Assembly: GCA_964569045.1 (NCBI GenBank)
Contig: CAZMSR010000004.1
Coordinates: 6,244 to 70,243 of the forward strand
DNA from: an uncultured Gammaproteobacteria bacterium
GTDB lineage: Bacteria; Patescibacteriota; Patescibacteriia; Patescibacteriales; BS150m-G62
Length of the DNA stretch: 64,000 nucleotides
Direction of reading: 5' to 3'
Of the stretch, positions 27,162-37,645 are shown in pieces. A program made the position numbers and the translations under genes. The notes under the pieces are model-generated. The model saw only the letters and a program-made list of their open reading frames with translations. It was not told where the DNA came from and ran no database searches. How positions within the stretch are numbered: the stretch's first letter is position 1; every line of letters starts with the position of its first letter.

Positions 27162-27998
27162 TTAAGGTATTTTGAATAGTTTTTTTGCATTTTTTGTGGT
27201 AATATCTCCAATTCTTTCTTCGCTTAAATGTTTTATTTCTCCAATTTTTTTGGCAATATGTTTTACTAAAATAGGCTCATTTCTTTTGCCTCTGAATGGT
27301 TCCGGAGTAAGAAATGGAGAATCAGTTTCAATCATAAATTTATTATTAGGTAAGCGTCTAAGTAGATTGTCCCATTGTTGTGAGAAGGTAATTATGCCAG
27401 TAAAAGAAATGAGCAAGCCAATATTAAAATATTTCCAAGCAAGATCTTCATTACCGGAAAAACAGTGAATTACGCCCCATGCATCAAGAGATGGGAAAAG
27501 ATCTTTTTTTTCTTTACGAAATTTTTCTAAAATGCTAATCATATCGTCATGGGCATTTCTACAGTGAAGAATACATGGTAGATTTTGTTCCCTAGCAATT
27601 CTGATTTGTTCAAGCATTATTATTTTTTGCTCTTTTTTTAATGCATTTAAATTTTTGTTATTATTGAAGTGGGAGTAGTCTAGACCAATTTCTCCGATAG
27701 CAATGACTTTTTCGAATTTAGCAAATTTTTCATATACTCTTGGGCTAAATTCTTCGTTATATGAATCTATGATTTTGTTTTCATTTTTTTGGGTTATGTT
27801 TATTGGGTGAAATCCAGCTGACGCAAACACACCTTTTTGATATCTATTGGCTAAATCTAATGCTTTTTGGGACGATTTTCTATCGGTTCCAACAATAATG
27901 ATTTCAACTTTTTTACTTAAGGCTCGTCTAATAACAACATCATAGTCATTTTTGAATGAGTTAAAATTTATATGACAATGTGTATCAATGTATGACAT
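27162..27998 (-). CDS. tatD: TatD-family metal-dependent hydrolase
   Basis: 278 aa with YIDTHCHINF, EIGLDY, LHCRNAHDD and ETDSPFL motifs. Confidence 0.88.
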   Translation of the reverse strand: MSYIDTHCHINFNSFKNDYDVVIRRALSKKVEIIIVGTDRKSSQKALDLANRYQKGVFASAGFHPINITQKNENKIIDSYNEEFSPRVYEKFAKFEKVIAIGEIGLDYSHFNNNKNLNALKKEQKIIMLEQIRIAREQNLPCILHCRNAHDDMISILEKFRKEKKDLFPSLDAWGVIHCFSGNEDLAWKYFNIGLLISFTGIITFSQQWDNLLRRLPNNKFMIETDSPFLTPEPFRGKRNEPILVKHIAKKIGEIKHLSEERIGDITTKNAKKLFKIP

Positions 27999-28004
27999 GT
28001 TTTT

Positions 28005-28589
28005 TTACCTAACTATTTTAATATTATTTATATCACACAAGTCTAATATCTTTGATTCTTTATTTTTTTGAATACCTGCGTCTATTCCAAGTCTAATCTT
28101 ATTTGTAAGCTTTTTTGGTGTTTTTTGAATATTAGTGATATTTTTTTTCCCACTTAAATTAAGGCTAGTTGATGTTATGGGGTTGTTTATTTTTTTTAAT
28201 AGTTTTATTAAAAAGTTTGAGTTTATTGGCATTCTTACTGCTGCACTGTTATTAGTTGATTTAAGTATTTTAGGTAATATTGACTTAGCATTTAGTATCA
28301 CGGTTGTTGGTTTTTCCCCTTTTTGCCAGATTTTTCGAAGTAATTTATCTTGTTTTTTGGATACATAAAAGTATTTTTTAAGCATACAATAACTTTTAAC
28401 TAAAATTATTATTGGTTTATCTCCTGTTCTATTTTTAAGCTTATAAATATTTTTTATTGCTGCTAAATTTGTTGCATCACAACCTAATCCATAAATAGTA
28501 TCAGTTGGATAAGCTATTATTTCTCCGGATTTAAATGTTTTTGCAATACTGTCTATATCTGTTTGGGTTGTTAATTTAATGAGTTTCAT
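28005..28589 (-). CDS. tsaC: L-threonylcarbamoyladenylate synthase (YrdC/TsaC domain)
   Basis: 194 aa with the IIAYPTDTIYGLGCDA motif and the SAAVRMP / TSTSLNLSG pattern. Confidence 0.85.
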   Translation of the reverse strand: MKLIKLTTQTDIDSIAKTFKSGEIIAYPTDTIYGLGCDATNLAAIKNIYKLKNRTGDKPIIILVKSYCMLKKYFYVSKKQDKLLRKIWQKGEKPTTVILNAKSILPKILKSTNNSAAVRMPINSNFLIKLLKKINNPITSTSLNLSGKKNITNIQKTPKKLTNKIRLGIDAGIQKNKESKILDLCDINNIKIVR

Positions 28590-28635
28590 AGTGTTCTATA
28601 GAAGCTGTCTTCAAGTTTGCTCCATTAATGGATTT

Positions 28636-28719
28636 TTTAATTTATGAGTTATACTCAATTGCTAAATTATTTTCGAAATTAGTTTAACAATTAAGCATAA
28701 AACTAGTTTGACAACAGTT
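28636..28719. repeat. minimal copy of the repeat family (arms back to back, plus a second-type arm)
   Basis: TATACTCAATTGCTAAATTATTTTCG (28650-28675) directly abuts AAATTAGTTTAACAATTAAGCATA (28676-28699); these match the left and right arms of 32785-32943. AAACTAGTTTGACAACAGTT (28700-28719) then resembles the GCGAGTTTAGCGACAGTT arm. Confidence 0.45.
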
Positions 28720-28762
28720 TTTTGCAATTCATTATGTTGTGTATCTTTAAAACAGTATAACT

Positions 28763-28794
28763 AAAAACACCCCAAGTGTCTATGGGATGTTTTT
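28763..28794 (-). terminator. intrinsic terminator after hup
   Basis: AAAAACACCCCA-AGTGTCTA-TGGGATGTTTTT (one mismatch) lies 12 nt after the hup stop. Confidence 0.6.
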
Positions 28795-28805
28795 AGTTGA
28801 ATGTT

Positions 28806-29087
28806 TTAGAGTACAGCGTCTTTTGCAGCTTTAGCTAGTCTAAATTTAACTACTGTTTTAGCGGCAATTTTGATTTTTTCACCAGTAGCTGGATTGACTC
28901 CCATTCTTGCTTTTCTTTTTGCTTTTACCATTTTGCCAAATCCTGGTAATACAAATTCACCTTCTTTTTTTACTTGTTTGTAAGCTAGGCTTGTTAATTC
29001 GTCGAAAACATTGTTTATGTCTTTTTTGGATAAGCCAGTTGAGTCGGCTATTGCGCTTGTTAGTTGCGCTTTTGTCATTTTTGCCAT
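28806..29087 (-). CDS. hup: HU-family DNA-binding protein
   Basis: 93 aa with MTKAQLTSAIADSTGLSKKD...GFGKMVKAKRKARMGVNPATGEKIKIAAKTVVKFR, a canonical HU sequence. Confidence 0.93.
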   Translation of the reverse strand: MAKMTKAQLTSAIADSTGLSKKDINNVFDELTSLAYKQVKKEGEFVLPGFGKMVKAKRKARMGVNPATGEKIKIAAKTVVKFRLAKAAKDAVL

Positions 29088-29237
29088 ACATGTGATTATT
29101 TTCGACTTTAATTTTGAGATGATTACAAAAGTAATTCGAAAATAAGTATATTAAAAGTATGAGTTAGTTACTTATCCACAATTATACATTAAATAAAATA
29201 ATTAGTAAAAGTTTTTAGCCTTTATTTATAAGCTTTT

Positions 29238-31613
29238 TTACCTACTGAGTGATTCAGTGTGTTTAAAAATTGGTCCCATGTATAGTTTTTTTTCATTGTT
29301 GTGACTTACTATAAGAATAATGAAATTGATTTCATTTATATTTTCAACAATATTTTTTTGACCTCCTGTAAAAGAAAGTACTAGTTCTTTCTTTGATGGA
29401 GTTTTAATTTGATAATTTTTGATAAAATTTTCTAGATTTTTTAGATCATAGTAATCTGATTCTTCATTAATGAGTTCTTTTTTTGCTACAGTTAATATGT
29501 TGTTTATTTGTGTTATGAAATTATTTAATTTTAAATAAGTGAAATCGTTAGTATTAATAACCTTAAGTGTTGGTAGTATATTTTTGAGCATCTCTGTGTT
29601 TGATTTAAGTTCATTTAAGAGATTGATTTCCGGTTCAACATAGATGTTTAATATTTTACTTGACTCAAAGGAGCTCTTTTTTTCTGATATTGTATGCCAT
29701 TTTTCATGTGGTAAGTGTAAATTGGTCCATAGAGCTAGTATTGTATTTAATTTTCGCTCCTCCCATTTTTTATTTTTTGTGTAGCTAGGTGTGTTAAATG
29801 TAGGTTTTTTTGAGTATGTTTTAAGAATATCAAGAGTGTTCCAGTAATTGTTACTATGCCAGTCATGAATATTAAATTTGTTAAGTGATGTTGTTATTTT
29901 ATCTGACGCTGTGTCGTAGTTTGTATAATTTTTGTTTGTTGTAAAGTATTTGTTATTGTTGGGTATTGGGATTATTAAATTTGCTATATCTAGAGCAATA
30001 GCTCTGCATCTGTATGTTTTTTTATTATCTTTGCAGGCAGTTATTGGTATTTTTTTCCCTTTATTACCCATGTAAATGCCTGCTTCTTTGGTTAGTTTTT
30101 TAAAAATGTAGTCATTTGGCCATAATTGATCTTGAAGCAATTTGAAGTTGATAGATGCGCGGTTTAATGTGTCGTTATTAGTGATTTCTTCTTTTACTTG
30201 ATTCTGTTTATTTGCTAAAAAATGATTTTGTATTAATGAAATGTCATTTTCTATATTTTGATTGTCTCTTGAGAAAATTTCTTCAATTGTATTTTTTGGA
30301 AATAGTTCATTAAAAATATCGTTCAAATGAAAATACGTTATTCCTTCATTTAATCCTTTGAAGTATGCAAGTGTTTTGTATATTGTTGCCCACTTGTTTA
30401 CTATGTGTTGGTTTTGAATAAAATCTCTTGTTATTAAGTGCGCTGCGAAATGGTTAATTATCCAATCATCTTTGTCAAGAGTGCAATTTTTGCAAACAGT
30501 GTCTTTATAGAAAATTGGAAATGGAGTATTTAGCCATGTGGCAGCTAAGTAAAAATTTGATAATTTTGCGCTTCTTTTATATTCATTAGGTGGGTTAAAT
30601 TGCCTATAATCTCTTTTGAATAAAAGAACAGGAGATTTTGTGATTTGATTTTTTTTATTAATTAAATTTAACTCTGGATTAACATCATCTTTTAAGTATG
30701 CCGGTAGTACAAAGTTATATTTTGATAATTCACTTGTATTGAATTTAGTCTTGTCTGTATGTGATGAAGAAATTTGAGCTTGTTTTGGCTTGAGAATTTG
30801 TAAAGCAGTGGCAAAAAAAGCTGCTTCTAGGCGAGCTGCCTCAAGTTCTAAATCATTAGTGTACCCAATTTCGTTTAAACGATGTTTATAACGTTTATCA
30901 GCAATAACAAACAGTTCCTTGGATATTTCCCACAAATCATTATAAAAAGAATCTTGTTCTATTGCTTTGAATGTGTCTTTTAGGAGATTTTGATAGTAGT
31001 ATATTAAAAAATCTGTAGTTATTATTGGCGGAATATCCATATTGCTGAGTGTTTTGTAAGCATCAAAAAAATTGTTTGGTTTATTTGAGAAAGGATTGGA
31101 AGCTATGCTAAACCCATAGTTATTTAAATTGTTTAAATGGGGGTCAAGATTTATAAGTCTTGATATTTTATGATAGTTAGAAACATCAGATTTAATATTT
31201 AGTGGGAGGTTGAGTTGATTTATGTTACTTTTTATGGTTTCTAGGTTTTCTTGATAAAAGCTTCCAAACGAAAGTTCTTCAATTTGTGAGCTGTTATTTT
31301 TATTTATTTTTTCTTTTTTTTGAGTATCACTTTTAGATGTTGGTAATATTGCTATTGGTTTTGTTGTAGTGGGCGTTGCTAATAAGTCATTATTTAAATC
31401 TTTTTTAGTTGAATTAGTTTGATTTTTTTGGTTTATATAATCAACTTTTTCTTTTTTTCCATTGTAGTAGCTAATAGTTGTTGTAATTATTATAATTAAT
31501 AATGTCAAAAAAACACCTAAGCCTATTAAGATCCATTTTAGTTTTTTGTTTTTTTTATTAAAATTGTTTATTGGATACTCTGTGTTACTGTCTGTAAGTG
31601 AATCATTTAGCAT
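29238..31613 (-). CDS. large N-terminally anchored Asn/Lys-rich protein of unknown function (possibly DUF3160-like)
   Basis: 791-aa ORF with one TM helix near aa 25-50 and an extracytoplasmic remainder. The segment IPPIITTDFLIYYYQNLLKDTFKAIEQ is reminiscent of DUF3160, but I cannot verify the family. Confidence 0.5.
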   Translation of the reverse strand: MLNDSLTDSNTEYPINNFNKKNKKLKWILIGLGVFLTLLIIIITTTISYYNGKKEKVDYINQKNQTNSTKKDLNNDLLATPTTTKPIAILPTSKSDTQKKEKINKNNSSQIEELSFGSFYQENLETIKSNINQLNLPLNIKSDVSNYHKISRLINLDPHLNNLNNYGFSIASNPFSNKPNNFFDAYKTLSNMDIPPIITTDFLIYYYQNLLKDTFKAIEQDSFYNDLWEISKELFVIADKRYKHRLNEIGYTNDLELEAARLEAAFFATALQILKPKQAQISSSHTDKTKFNTSELSKYNFVLPAYLKDDVNPELNLINKKNQITKSPVLLFKRDYRQFNPPNEYKRSAKLSNFYLAATWLNTPFPIFYKDTVCKNCTLDKDDWIINHFAAHLITRDFIQNQHIVNKWATIYKTLAYFKGLNEGITYFHLNDIFNELFPKNTIEEIFSRDNQNIENDISLIQNHFLANKQNQVKEEITNNDTLNRASINFKLLQDQLWPNDYIFKKLTKEAGIYMGNKGKKIPITACKDNKKTYRCRAIALDIANLIIPIPNNNKYFTTNKNYTNYDTASDKITTSLNKFNIHDWHSNNYWNTLDILKTYSKKPTFNTPSYTKNKKWEERKLNTILALWTNLHLPHEKWHTISEKKSSFESSKILNIYVEPEINLLNELKSNTEMLKNILPTLKVINTNDFTYLKLNNFITQINNILTVAKKELINEESDYYDLKNLENFIKNYQIKTPSKKELVLSFTGGQKNIVENINEINFIILIVSHNNEKKLYMGPIFKHTESLSR

Positions 31614-31616
31614 AGT

Positions 31617-32639
31617 TTATTTTAAGTATTTATTTTTATTTAATAAATGCTCTTCATATGTATGAGCAAAATATGTTACTCCGTTTTTCCCAGTTAAAAA
31701 AAATAAATATTCATTGTTATCCGGGTATATTGCAGCTTCTAATGCGTTTAACCCAGGATTGCTTATTGGGGTTGGTGGAAGCCCTTTGTATTTGTAGCTA
31801 TTGTACGGTGAATCGATTTTTAAATCTACTAAAGAGTGCGCATCAATTTTATCTTTAAGTAAATATGAAAGGGTTGCATCGGATTCTAATTTTATGTCTT
31901 TGTCAAGTCGATTCCAAAAGATAGCAGAAATTTTTTTCATATCTTCCGGACTTTGTACCTCTTTTTCAATTAATGAAGCCATAATAATAATTTCATGCAA
32001 TGTTTTGTTTTGATTTTTAATATCTTTAATCATTTGTTTGCTTAATTTTGATTCAAAGTTTTTAAGTGTTTTTATTATAATATTTTTGACATTTGTGTTT
32101 TTGAATATTTTATATGTATCAGGAAATAAGTATCCTTCTAGTGTCGCTTCTTCGGGTGCTAGTTTTAAAAAGTTGAAATTTTTTATGTCGCTATCTAATT
32201 CTTTTATTGGTTTTTTAAGAAGTGCTAAGCTTTCTGGTTTTATATGATTATTTTTTTTTAAATATTCTATTATATTTTGATTTGTCCAACCTTCAATGAT
32301 TTTGATTGTTACTTCATTCCCATGGGTAGCCCCATTTATTAGTGTGCTTACTGTATCAATTATACTGCTCGAGGTGTTTAATGTATGTGTTCCAGCTTTG
32401 AGCTTTTTGTCAAGGTTTTTTTGCCAAATATATAACTTAAAATATAGTGTTGAGTTAATTATTTTATTGTCTTTTAGGTTTTGTGCAATTGTGTTAATGC
32501 TTTGGTTTTTTTTGATTGTGAATTCAGTTTTTTCATCTTCTATTATTATTAATTGCTTTATTCCTTGTTTGTAAAAAAAGTACCCGAGGCTTCCGGTTAT
32601 TACTAGAATTAATAAAATGTAGGATATTAATTTTATCAT
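31617..32639 (-). CDS. mltG: endolytic murein transglycosylase MltG (YceG-like)
   Basis: 340 aa with an N-terminal anchor and MASLIEKE, IFWNRL...LESDATLSY and SPYNSYKYKGLPPTPISNPG motifs. Confidence 0.88.
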   Translation of the reverse strand: MIKLISYILLILVITGSLGYFFYKQGIKQLIIIEDEKTEFTIKKNQSINTIAQNLKDNKIINSTLYFKLYIWQKNLDKKLKAGTHTLNTSSSIIDTVSTLINGATHGNEVTIKIIEGWTNQNIIEYLKKNNHIKPESLALLKKPIKELDSDIKNFNFLKLAPEEATLEGYLFPDTYKIFKNTNVKNIIIKTLKNFESKLSKQMIKDIKNQNKTLHEIIIMASLIEKEVQSPEDMKKISAIFWNRLDKDIKLESDATLSYLLKDKIDAHSLVDLKIDSPYNSYKYKGLPPTPISNPGLNALEAAIYPDNNEYLFFLTGKNGVTYFAHTYEEHLLNKNKYLK

Positions 32640-32784
32640 TTATTTAACTATAACATATTATTGGTTAATTTTAAAAAATTAACTTGTACCTGCAAGAAAC
32701 TATCTAAGGCAATTGTTGATTTTTATTTAATTTTACATTTAAAAATTATTCAAAAATTACACCCAATGAAGATGTATAAATAGT

Positions 32785-32943
32785 TATACTTAATCCCTAA
32801 ACTAATTTCGGTAATTTTTTTAAATTTTGGCTGTGGCTTTGAGAAAAAATTTGGTCTATACTACGGCATAAGCAAAATTTTTTCTCTTTGCCTCGCTCGA
32901 AATTAAAAATTTTTTTTCTAAATTAGTTTAGGGATTGAGTATA
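32785..32943. repeat. hairpin-type intergenic repeat with 26-bp TIRs
   Basis: TATACTTAATCCCTAAACTAATTTCG (32785-32810) matches the reverse complement of 32918-32943 (TATACTCAATCCCTAAACTAATTTAG) at 24/26. The apex has a c-TACG-g hairpin near 32861-32866. It is followed by GTTGGGAGTGATGTATA, which resembles the outer-type end. Confidence 0.7.
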
Positions 32944-33010
32944 GTTGGGAGTGATGTATAAAATAATTGTGTTAATTATATAAATATGTAATTCTAATAA
33001 TTAGAGAGTT

Positions 33011-33229
33011 TTGAAATTTATAATAAGTAGATTAGAGATGGAGCTTTGGAATGTATATAGTATTTTTAGTGCTAGCTTAGGTGATCTTTTTAATGAGTTA
33101 TTATTTAGTAACGGATTTGTTTTTTTAGTAAATGGTGTGCCCAATGCATTGTTTGTAATATTTTTTGTTGTTATTATTTATGTTATGGTATGGTATTTGT
33201 CTATTTATTTTTGTCTAAAAAGTAGATAA
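33011..33229 (+). CDS. doubtful small hydrophobic ORF
   Basis: 72 codons from a TTG start (or 63 from the internal ATG), hydrophobic, followed by a weak AAGGG...CCCTTTTTT hairpin. There is no other support. Confidence 0.2.
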   Translation: MKFIISRLEMELWNVYSIFSASLGDLFNELLFSNGFVFLVNGVPNALFVIFFVVIIYVMVWYLSIYFCLKSR

Positions 33230-33272
33230 TCTTAAAATAGTTAAGGGTTTTTGTTAATAGTGCCCTTTTTTA

Positions 33273-33301
33273 TTGACTAATAATTAATTTTAGTATAAAA
33301 T
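33273..33301 (+). promoter_or_regulatory. candidate sigma-70 promoter for rplU
   Basis: TTGACT (33273-33278), 17 nt, then TAAAAT (33296-33301), about 58 nt upstream of the rplU ATG. Confidence 0.35.
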
Positions 33302-33359
33302 TGCAAAAAAAGTCTTTAATGTGTAAGTTAAAGTTTTTAATAATTATTATATTTTATTT

Positions 33360-33677
33360 ATGGCTGATAATAAAATTGCTATCATTAAAACAGGCGGCAA
33401 GCAATATAAAGTGTTAAAAGGAGATTTAATTAAAGTTGAAAAAATAGGAGAAGAGGTAAATAAGAATATTAAGATTAAAACACTCCTAAAATCGAATGTA
33501 GATGGGAGTGATCTTGAATTAGGTAATCCTTTTTTGGATAATAAGGTTGAGGTAAAAATTGTTGGCGGAGGAAAGGCTAAAAAAGTTAATGTTGTGAAGT
33601 ATAAGAATAAAACGCGGTATAAAAGAAATATTGGACATAGACAGCCTTATTCAGAAATAGAAATAACGCAAATATAA
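33360..33677 (+). CDS. rplU: 50S ribosomal protein L21
   Basis: 105 aa with IAIIKTGGKQYKVLKGDLIKVEK...KKVNVVKYKNKTRYKRNIGHRQPY. It is not followed by rpmA. Confidence 0.92.
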   Translation: MADNKIAIIKTGGKQYKVLKGDLIKVEKIGEEVNKNIKIKTLLKSNVDGSDLELGNPFLDNKVEVKIVGGGKAKKVNVVKYKNKTRYKRNIGHRQPYSEIEITQI

Positions 33678-33723
33678 GCATCTTTTATGTATTTTAAAAA
33701 ACTAGCTTTTAAGGTTAGTTTTT

Positions 33724-34323
33724 TTAATTCATAATATTTCTGTATTTAAATGCATTATTTAGAGTTGTTTCGTCGGTGTATTCTAAATTGGACCCCATTG
33801 GGAGTCCTCTGGCTAATTTTGTAATTTTTAAATTATATGTTTTAAGTTTTTTTGCTATATACATTGCTGTTGTCTCACCTTCAATGTTGGGGTTAAAGGC
33901 TAAGATAATTTCTGTTGGTGTAGTTTTTTTTATGTATTCTAATAATTTTTCTATGGCTAAGTGGTTGCTATTTATCCCTTTAGAAATTTCTATGGTCTGA
34001 CCTAGATTAAAATATATGCCAGAGTGTTTGCGAGTTGATTCAATTGTGAGCATATCTCTTGCATCTGACACAATGCATAATATTTTTTTGTCTCTATTTT
34101 TATCTAGGCATATTGTACAAATTTCATTTTCCGCAAGGCAATTGCATAGCTTGCATTCTTTTATTTGTTCTTTTAATTCGATTAGTAACTGAGCTAGTAA
34201 AAAAATATCTTCTTGTTTTTGTTTTAATAAACAAAAAACATATCTTTCGGCTGTTCTTGGCCCGACACCGGGTAGAATTAAAAATGACTTAATCAGTTTA
34301 TTTATAATTTGCGGGTATGTCAT
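33724..34323 (-). CDS. recR: recombination protein RecR
   Basis: 199 aa with LPGVGPRTAERY, a C4 zinc finger (CKLCNC...CTIC) and a Toprim region. Confidence 0.92.
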   Translation of the reverse strand: MTYPQIINKLIKSFLILPGVGPRTAERYVFCLLKQKQEDIFLLAQLLIELKEQIKECKLCNCLAENEICTICLDKNRDKKILCIVSDARDMLTIESTRKHSGIYFNLGQTIEISKGINSNHLAIEKLLEYIKKTTPTEIILAFNPNIEGETTAMYIAKKLKTYNLKITKLARGLPMGSNLEYTDETTLNNAFKYRNIMN

Positions 34324-34330
34324 AAATAAT

Positions 34331-34606
34331 TTATCCTAGTCCCGGTAATCCACCCATTTGCTGCATTTTTTGTGCCATAAGTTTTTGTACTTTTTTTACT
34401 CCATCATTAAAACATTCTTGCAATAATGCTTCTAAATTTTCTTTTTTTAATTCTTCTTTGATTGTTATTGAAGTTACTTCTAGATTGCCATTGATAATAA
34501 TTTTTACTCCATTTTTTTCAATAGTAACACTTTCATCAGCTAAGGCAGACTGCATTTGCTTTGCCTTATCACGCAACTCTTTAAATTGTTTCAGTTTATT
34601 GAACAT
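34331..34606 (-). CDS. ybaB: YbaB/EbfC nucleoid-associated protein
   Basis: 91 aa in the canonical position upstream of recR, with a MQQMGGLPGLG tail. Confidence 0.8.
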   Translation of the reverse strand: MFNKLKQFKELRDKAKQMQSALADESVTIEKNGVKIIINGNLEVTSITIKEELKKENLEALLQECFNDGVKKVQKLMAQKMQQMGGLPGLG

Positions 34607-34629
34607 AATATATTTTTTTATTATTTATT

Positions 34630-36018
34630 TTAAAATTGTGGTGGTGCTTCATGTTTTATGTCAATACTCTTATATGATACAACATCCCGATCAAAATACA
34701 AGTTGATTTTTCCGGTTGGGCCGTTTCTATGTTTTGCTATATATAATTCGGCACTAGTTAGTTCTTCGGGGGTTAGTTCTTCTTCTTTAAAATTTCGATC
34801 AGCTGCTTTCCTGTATAAAAACATTACAATATCAGCATCTTGTTCAATACTTCCAGATTCACGTAAGTGCGACAATTTTGGTATAGCCGGCTTGCTTTGT
34901 TCAACTGTACGAGAAAGTTGGGATAAGGCGATAACAGGTACATCTAGTTCACGAGCAATGCCTTTGAGTCCGCGAGAAATTTCTGCTACTTCTTGCACTC
35001 TATTGTCACCGGATTTGCCCCTTCCTTCCATTAGCTGTAGATAGTCAATTATTATTAAACCTAGTCCTTTTTCAGTTTGAAGTCGTCTAGCCTTTGTTCT
35101 TACTTCCATGATATTGCAATTTGATGTATCGTCAATATGTATTTGAGCATCGGCTAGCTCACCCATTGCTCCTGCAATACGGGCAAAATCATTATTTTCT
35201 TCTGTGTCAGAAAGTTGACCGGTCCTCATTTTCCATAACCCGACTCCGGCATGTGCACAGAGCATGCGGTCAACTAGTTGCTCTTTACTCATTTCGAGAG
35301 AAAATACTCCAACACCTTGCTTGCTTTTTACTGCAGCTTGACGAGCAACATCCAGTACAAATGTAGTTTTTCCAACACTGGGTCGTGCAGCAAGTATTAT
35401 TAAGTCAGATTTTTGCAAGCCTGAGAGTAACTTGTCTAGTTCTTCGTACCCAGTTGGTAAGCCTCTTAGTTGTCCGGATTGCTTGTGTAAATCATCAATA
35501 CGAGTAAAAGCATCGTTAAGTAAAGAGTCAATTGAGCTAAACGCGCTTTTTGTTGAGGTTTGAGAAACAGAAAATAGTTTTGATTCAGCTTCGTCAAGTA
35601 ATCCGTCAATTTCTTCAGCTTCTTGAAACCCAAGAGCGTGAATTTCGCTTGCTGCAGTTATTAAACGTCGCAATATTGCTTTTCTTTGTACGATTTGAGC
35701 ATAATTAACAACATGCGATGATGTTGCTACTGAATTTGATAATTTTAATAGATACGATCTGCCACCTATTTTTTTTAATTTCTTTTTTTCTTCTAGTCGA
35801 TTAGTTAGACTAAGAATGTCAAGTGGTTCATGTTTGGCATAAAGCTCCTGGATTGTTTCAAATATAGTAGCATGAGAGTCTTTGTAAAAGTCGTTTGCTG
35901 TAACTAAATCTGCTATTTTAATAATTGAATCTTTGTCAATCATTAAAGAGCCAATAAGAGATTCTTCAGCTTCAATGTTGTGCGGTGGAACTTTGGTAAG
36001 ATTGTTTTCATTAAACAT
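34630..36018 (-). CDS. dnaB: replicative DNA helicase DnaB
   Basis: 462 aa with PPHNIEAEESLIGSLM, Walker A ARPSVGKTTF, IIIDYLQLM and SQLSR motifs. Confidence 0.95.
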   Translation of the reverse strand: MFNENNLTKVPPHNIEAEESLIGSLMIDKDSIIKIADLVTANDFYKDSHATIFETIQELYAKHEPLDILSLTNRLEEKKKLKKIGGRSYLLKLSNSVATSSHVVNYAQIVQRKAILRRLITAASEIHALGFQEAEEIDGLLDEAESKLFSVSQTSTKSAFSSIDSLLNDAFTRIDDLHKQSGQLRGLPTGYEELDKLLSGLQKSDLIILAARPSVGKTTFVLDVARQAAVKSKQGVGVFSLEMSKEQLVDRMLCAHAGVGLWKMRTGQLSDTEENNDFARIAGAMGELADAQIHIDDTSNCNIMEVRTKARRLQTEKGLGLIIIDYLQLMEGRGKSGDNRVQEVAEISRGLKGIARELDVPVIALSQLSRTVEQSKPAIPKLSHLRESGSIEQDADIVMFLYRKAADRNFKEEELTPEELTSAELYIAKHRNGPTGKINLYFDRDVVSYKSIDIKHEAPPQF

Positions 36019-36122
36019 ATGTGTATCATACGTAATTAATAATAATTATTCAATATTGAGCTGTAAACAAAAAATTCACTAAGAAATGAATTTTTTTTGT
36101 TATGTATGTAATTTGATGTATT

Positions 36123-37154
36123 TTAATTAACTTGTTTTAGTTCGTGGATAATTTGTTCTATTTCACCGTCTAATATTTTTGTGATTCCATGCCAGTTTTT
36201 GTTTATTCTGTGATCTGTTATACGATCTTGAGGAAAATTGTAGGTTCTTATTTTTTCAGATCTGTCGCCACTACCTATTTGAGAGAGTCTAGTGTCTTGA
36301 GTTTCTTTTTGTCTTTTTTCGTCTTCTAATGCTAAAAGTCGTGATCGTAATATTTGCATAGTTTTTTCTTTGTTTTGATGTTGAGATTTTTGATCCTGGC
36401 AACTTACTATTAATCCGCTAGGTATGTGGGTTATACGTATTGCAGAATAGGTAGTATTTACGCTTTGTCCGCCGGGACCTGAAGAGCAAAATGTGTCAAT
36501 GCGTATATCTTCATTTTTTATTTCAAGATCCATGGTTTCTGCTTCTGGTAATACCGCAACTGTTGCAGTTGAGGTATGCACGCGACCTTGTTTTTCAGTT
36601 TCGGGTACTCTTTGCACTCTATGAGTTCCGCTTTCAAATTTTAATTCACCATATGCAGCACTACCTATAATTTCAAAAATTACTTCTTTAAACCCACCGA
36701 TTTCATTTTGACTGCTGGTTAAAATATTTACTTTAAATCTTTTGTTTTCAGCATATTTTGAATACATTCTGAATAATTCTGCTGCAAATAGTGCTGATTC
36801 ATCGCCGCCAGTACCGGCTCGTATTTCCATGATGCAATTTTTTTTGTCCTTTGGGTCTTTTGGTTTTAGCTCTGCTTCAAGTTTTTGTTCTAGAATCGAT
36901 TTTTCTTGCTCTAAACTTTCAATATCATCGCTTGCCATTTTTAAAATCTCTTTATCAGTTTCTGAGGAAATTACTTGCTTGCTTTGATCTATGTTTTTAA
37001 ATACTTGTTCAAGTTTAATAACTAAATTATATGTTGCTTTTTGTTCAGCGTGTTCTTTGGCTACCCGGGCTATTTTTTTAGGGTTATTAATGATATTTGG
37101 GTCTTCAAGTTGCTCTGTTAGATTTAAATATTTTTCTTTAATTTTTTCGTACAT
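36123..37154 (-). CDS. prfA: peptide chain release factor 1
   Basis: 343 aa with the GGQ motif ([10 protein letters not shown]) and an RF1-type tripeptide region ([17 protein letters not shown]). Confidence 0.92.
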   Translation of the reverse strand: MYEKIKEKYLNLTEQLEDPNIINNPKKIARVAKEHAEQKATYNLVIKLEQVFKNIDQSKQVISSETDKEILKMASDDIESLEQEKSILEQKLEAELKPKDPKDKKNCIMEIRAGTGGDESALFAAELFRMYSKYAENKRFKVNILTSSQNEIGGFKEVIFEIIGSAAYGELKFESGTHRVQRVPETEKQGRVHTSTATVAVLPEAETMDLEIKNEDIRIDTFCSSGPGGQSVNTTYSAIRITHIPSGLIVSCQDQKSQHQNKEKTMQILRSRLLALEDEKRQKETQDTRLSQIGSGDRSEKIRTYNFPQDRITDHRINKNWHGITKILDGEIEQIIHELKQVN

Positions 37155-37217
37155 AAATTTAGCAACTTAAACATTAGCAAATATTTTTGCTACTTGAGTC
37201 ATGTGCTTAAACATTGC

Positions 37218-37514
37218 TTAGTTATTCTTTTTTTCTGCCTTTTTATCAGCTTTTTTTACTGCCTTTTTTGCTCTTTTTATTCTTTTTCCTTTTCTTGTTT
37301 TTGATATTTCTTTTTGAGCTTTAATTTTGGCTTCAAATTTTTCAACGCGGCGTGCAGTGTCAACTAGTTTTTGTTTACCAGTAAAGAAAGGATGACACTT
37401 AGAGCAAAGGTCTGTCTTTATTTCGCTGAGCGTAGAGCCTGTAGTGAATGAATTACCACATGCGCATTCAACTTTAGTATTTGAGTGATATTTTGGATGA
37501 GTATCTTTTTTCAT
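37218..37514 (-). CDS. rpmE: 50S ribosomal protein L31 with Lys-rich C-terminal extension
   Basis: MKKDTHPKY...CACGNSF...[13 protein letters not shown] is the zinc-binding L31 type. About 30 extra K/A-rich residues follow at the C-terminus. Confidence 0.88.
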   Translation of the reverse strand: MKKDTHPKYHSNTKVECACGNSFTTGSTLSEIKTDLCSKCHPFFTGKQKLVDTARRVEKFEAKIKAQKEISKTRKGKRIKRAKKAVKKADKKAEKKNN

Positions 37515-37645
37515 AAATTTTTTTGTAGAGATAATTTTTCATTATTTAGTCTGTATTCTTTATGAAACTAAGATTAGCATAGTTATTCATTGCTGACAAG
37601 AGGTTTTTTAGTGGTTTTTTTAAAAAATAAGTTATTTGTGTAAAT

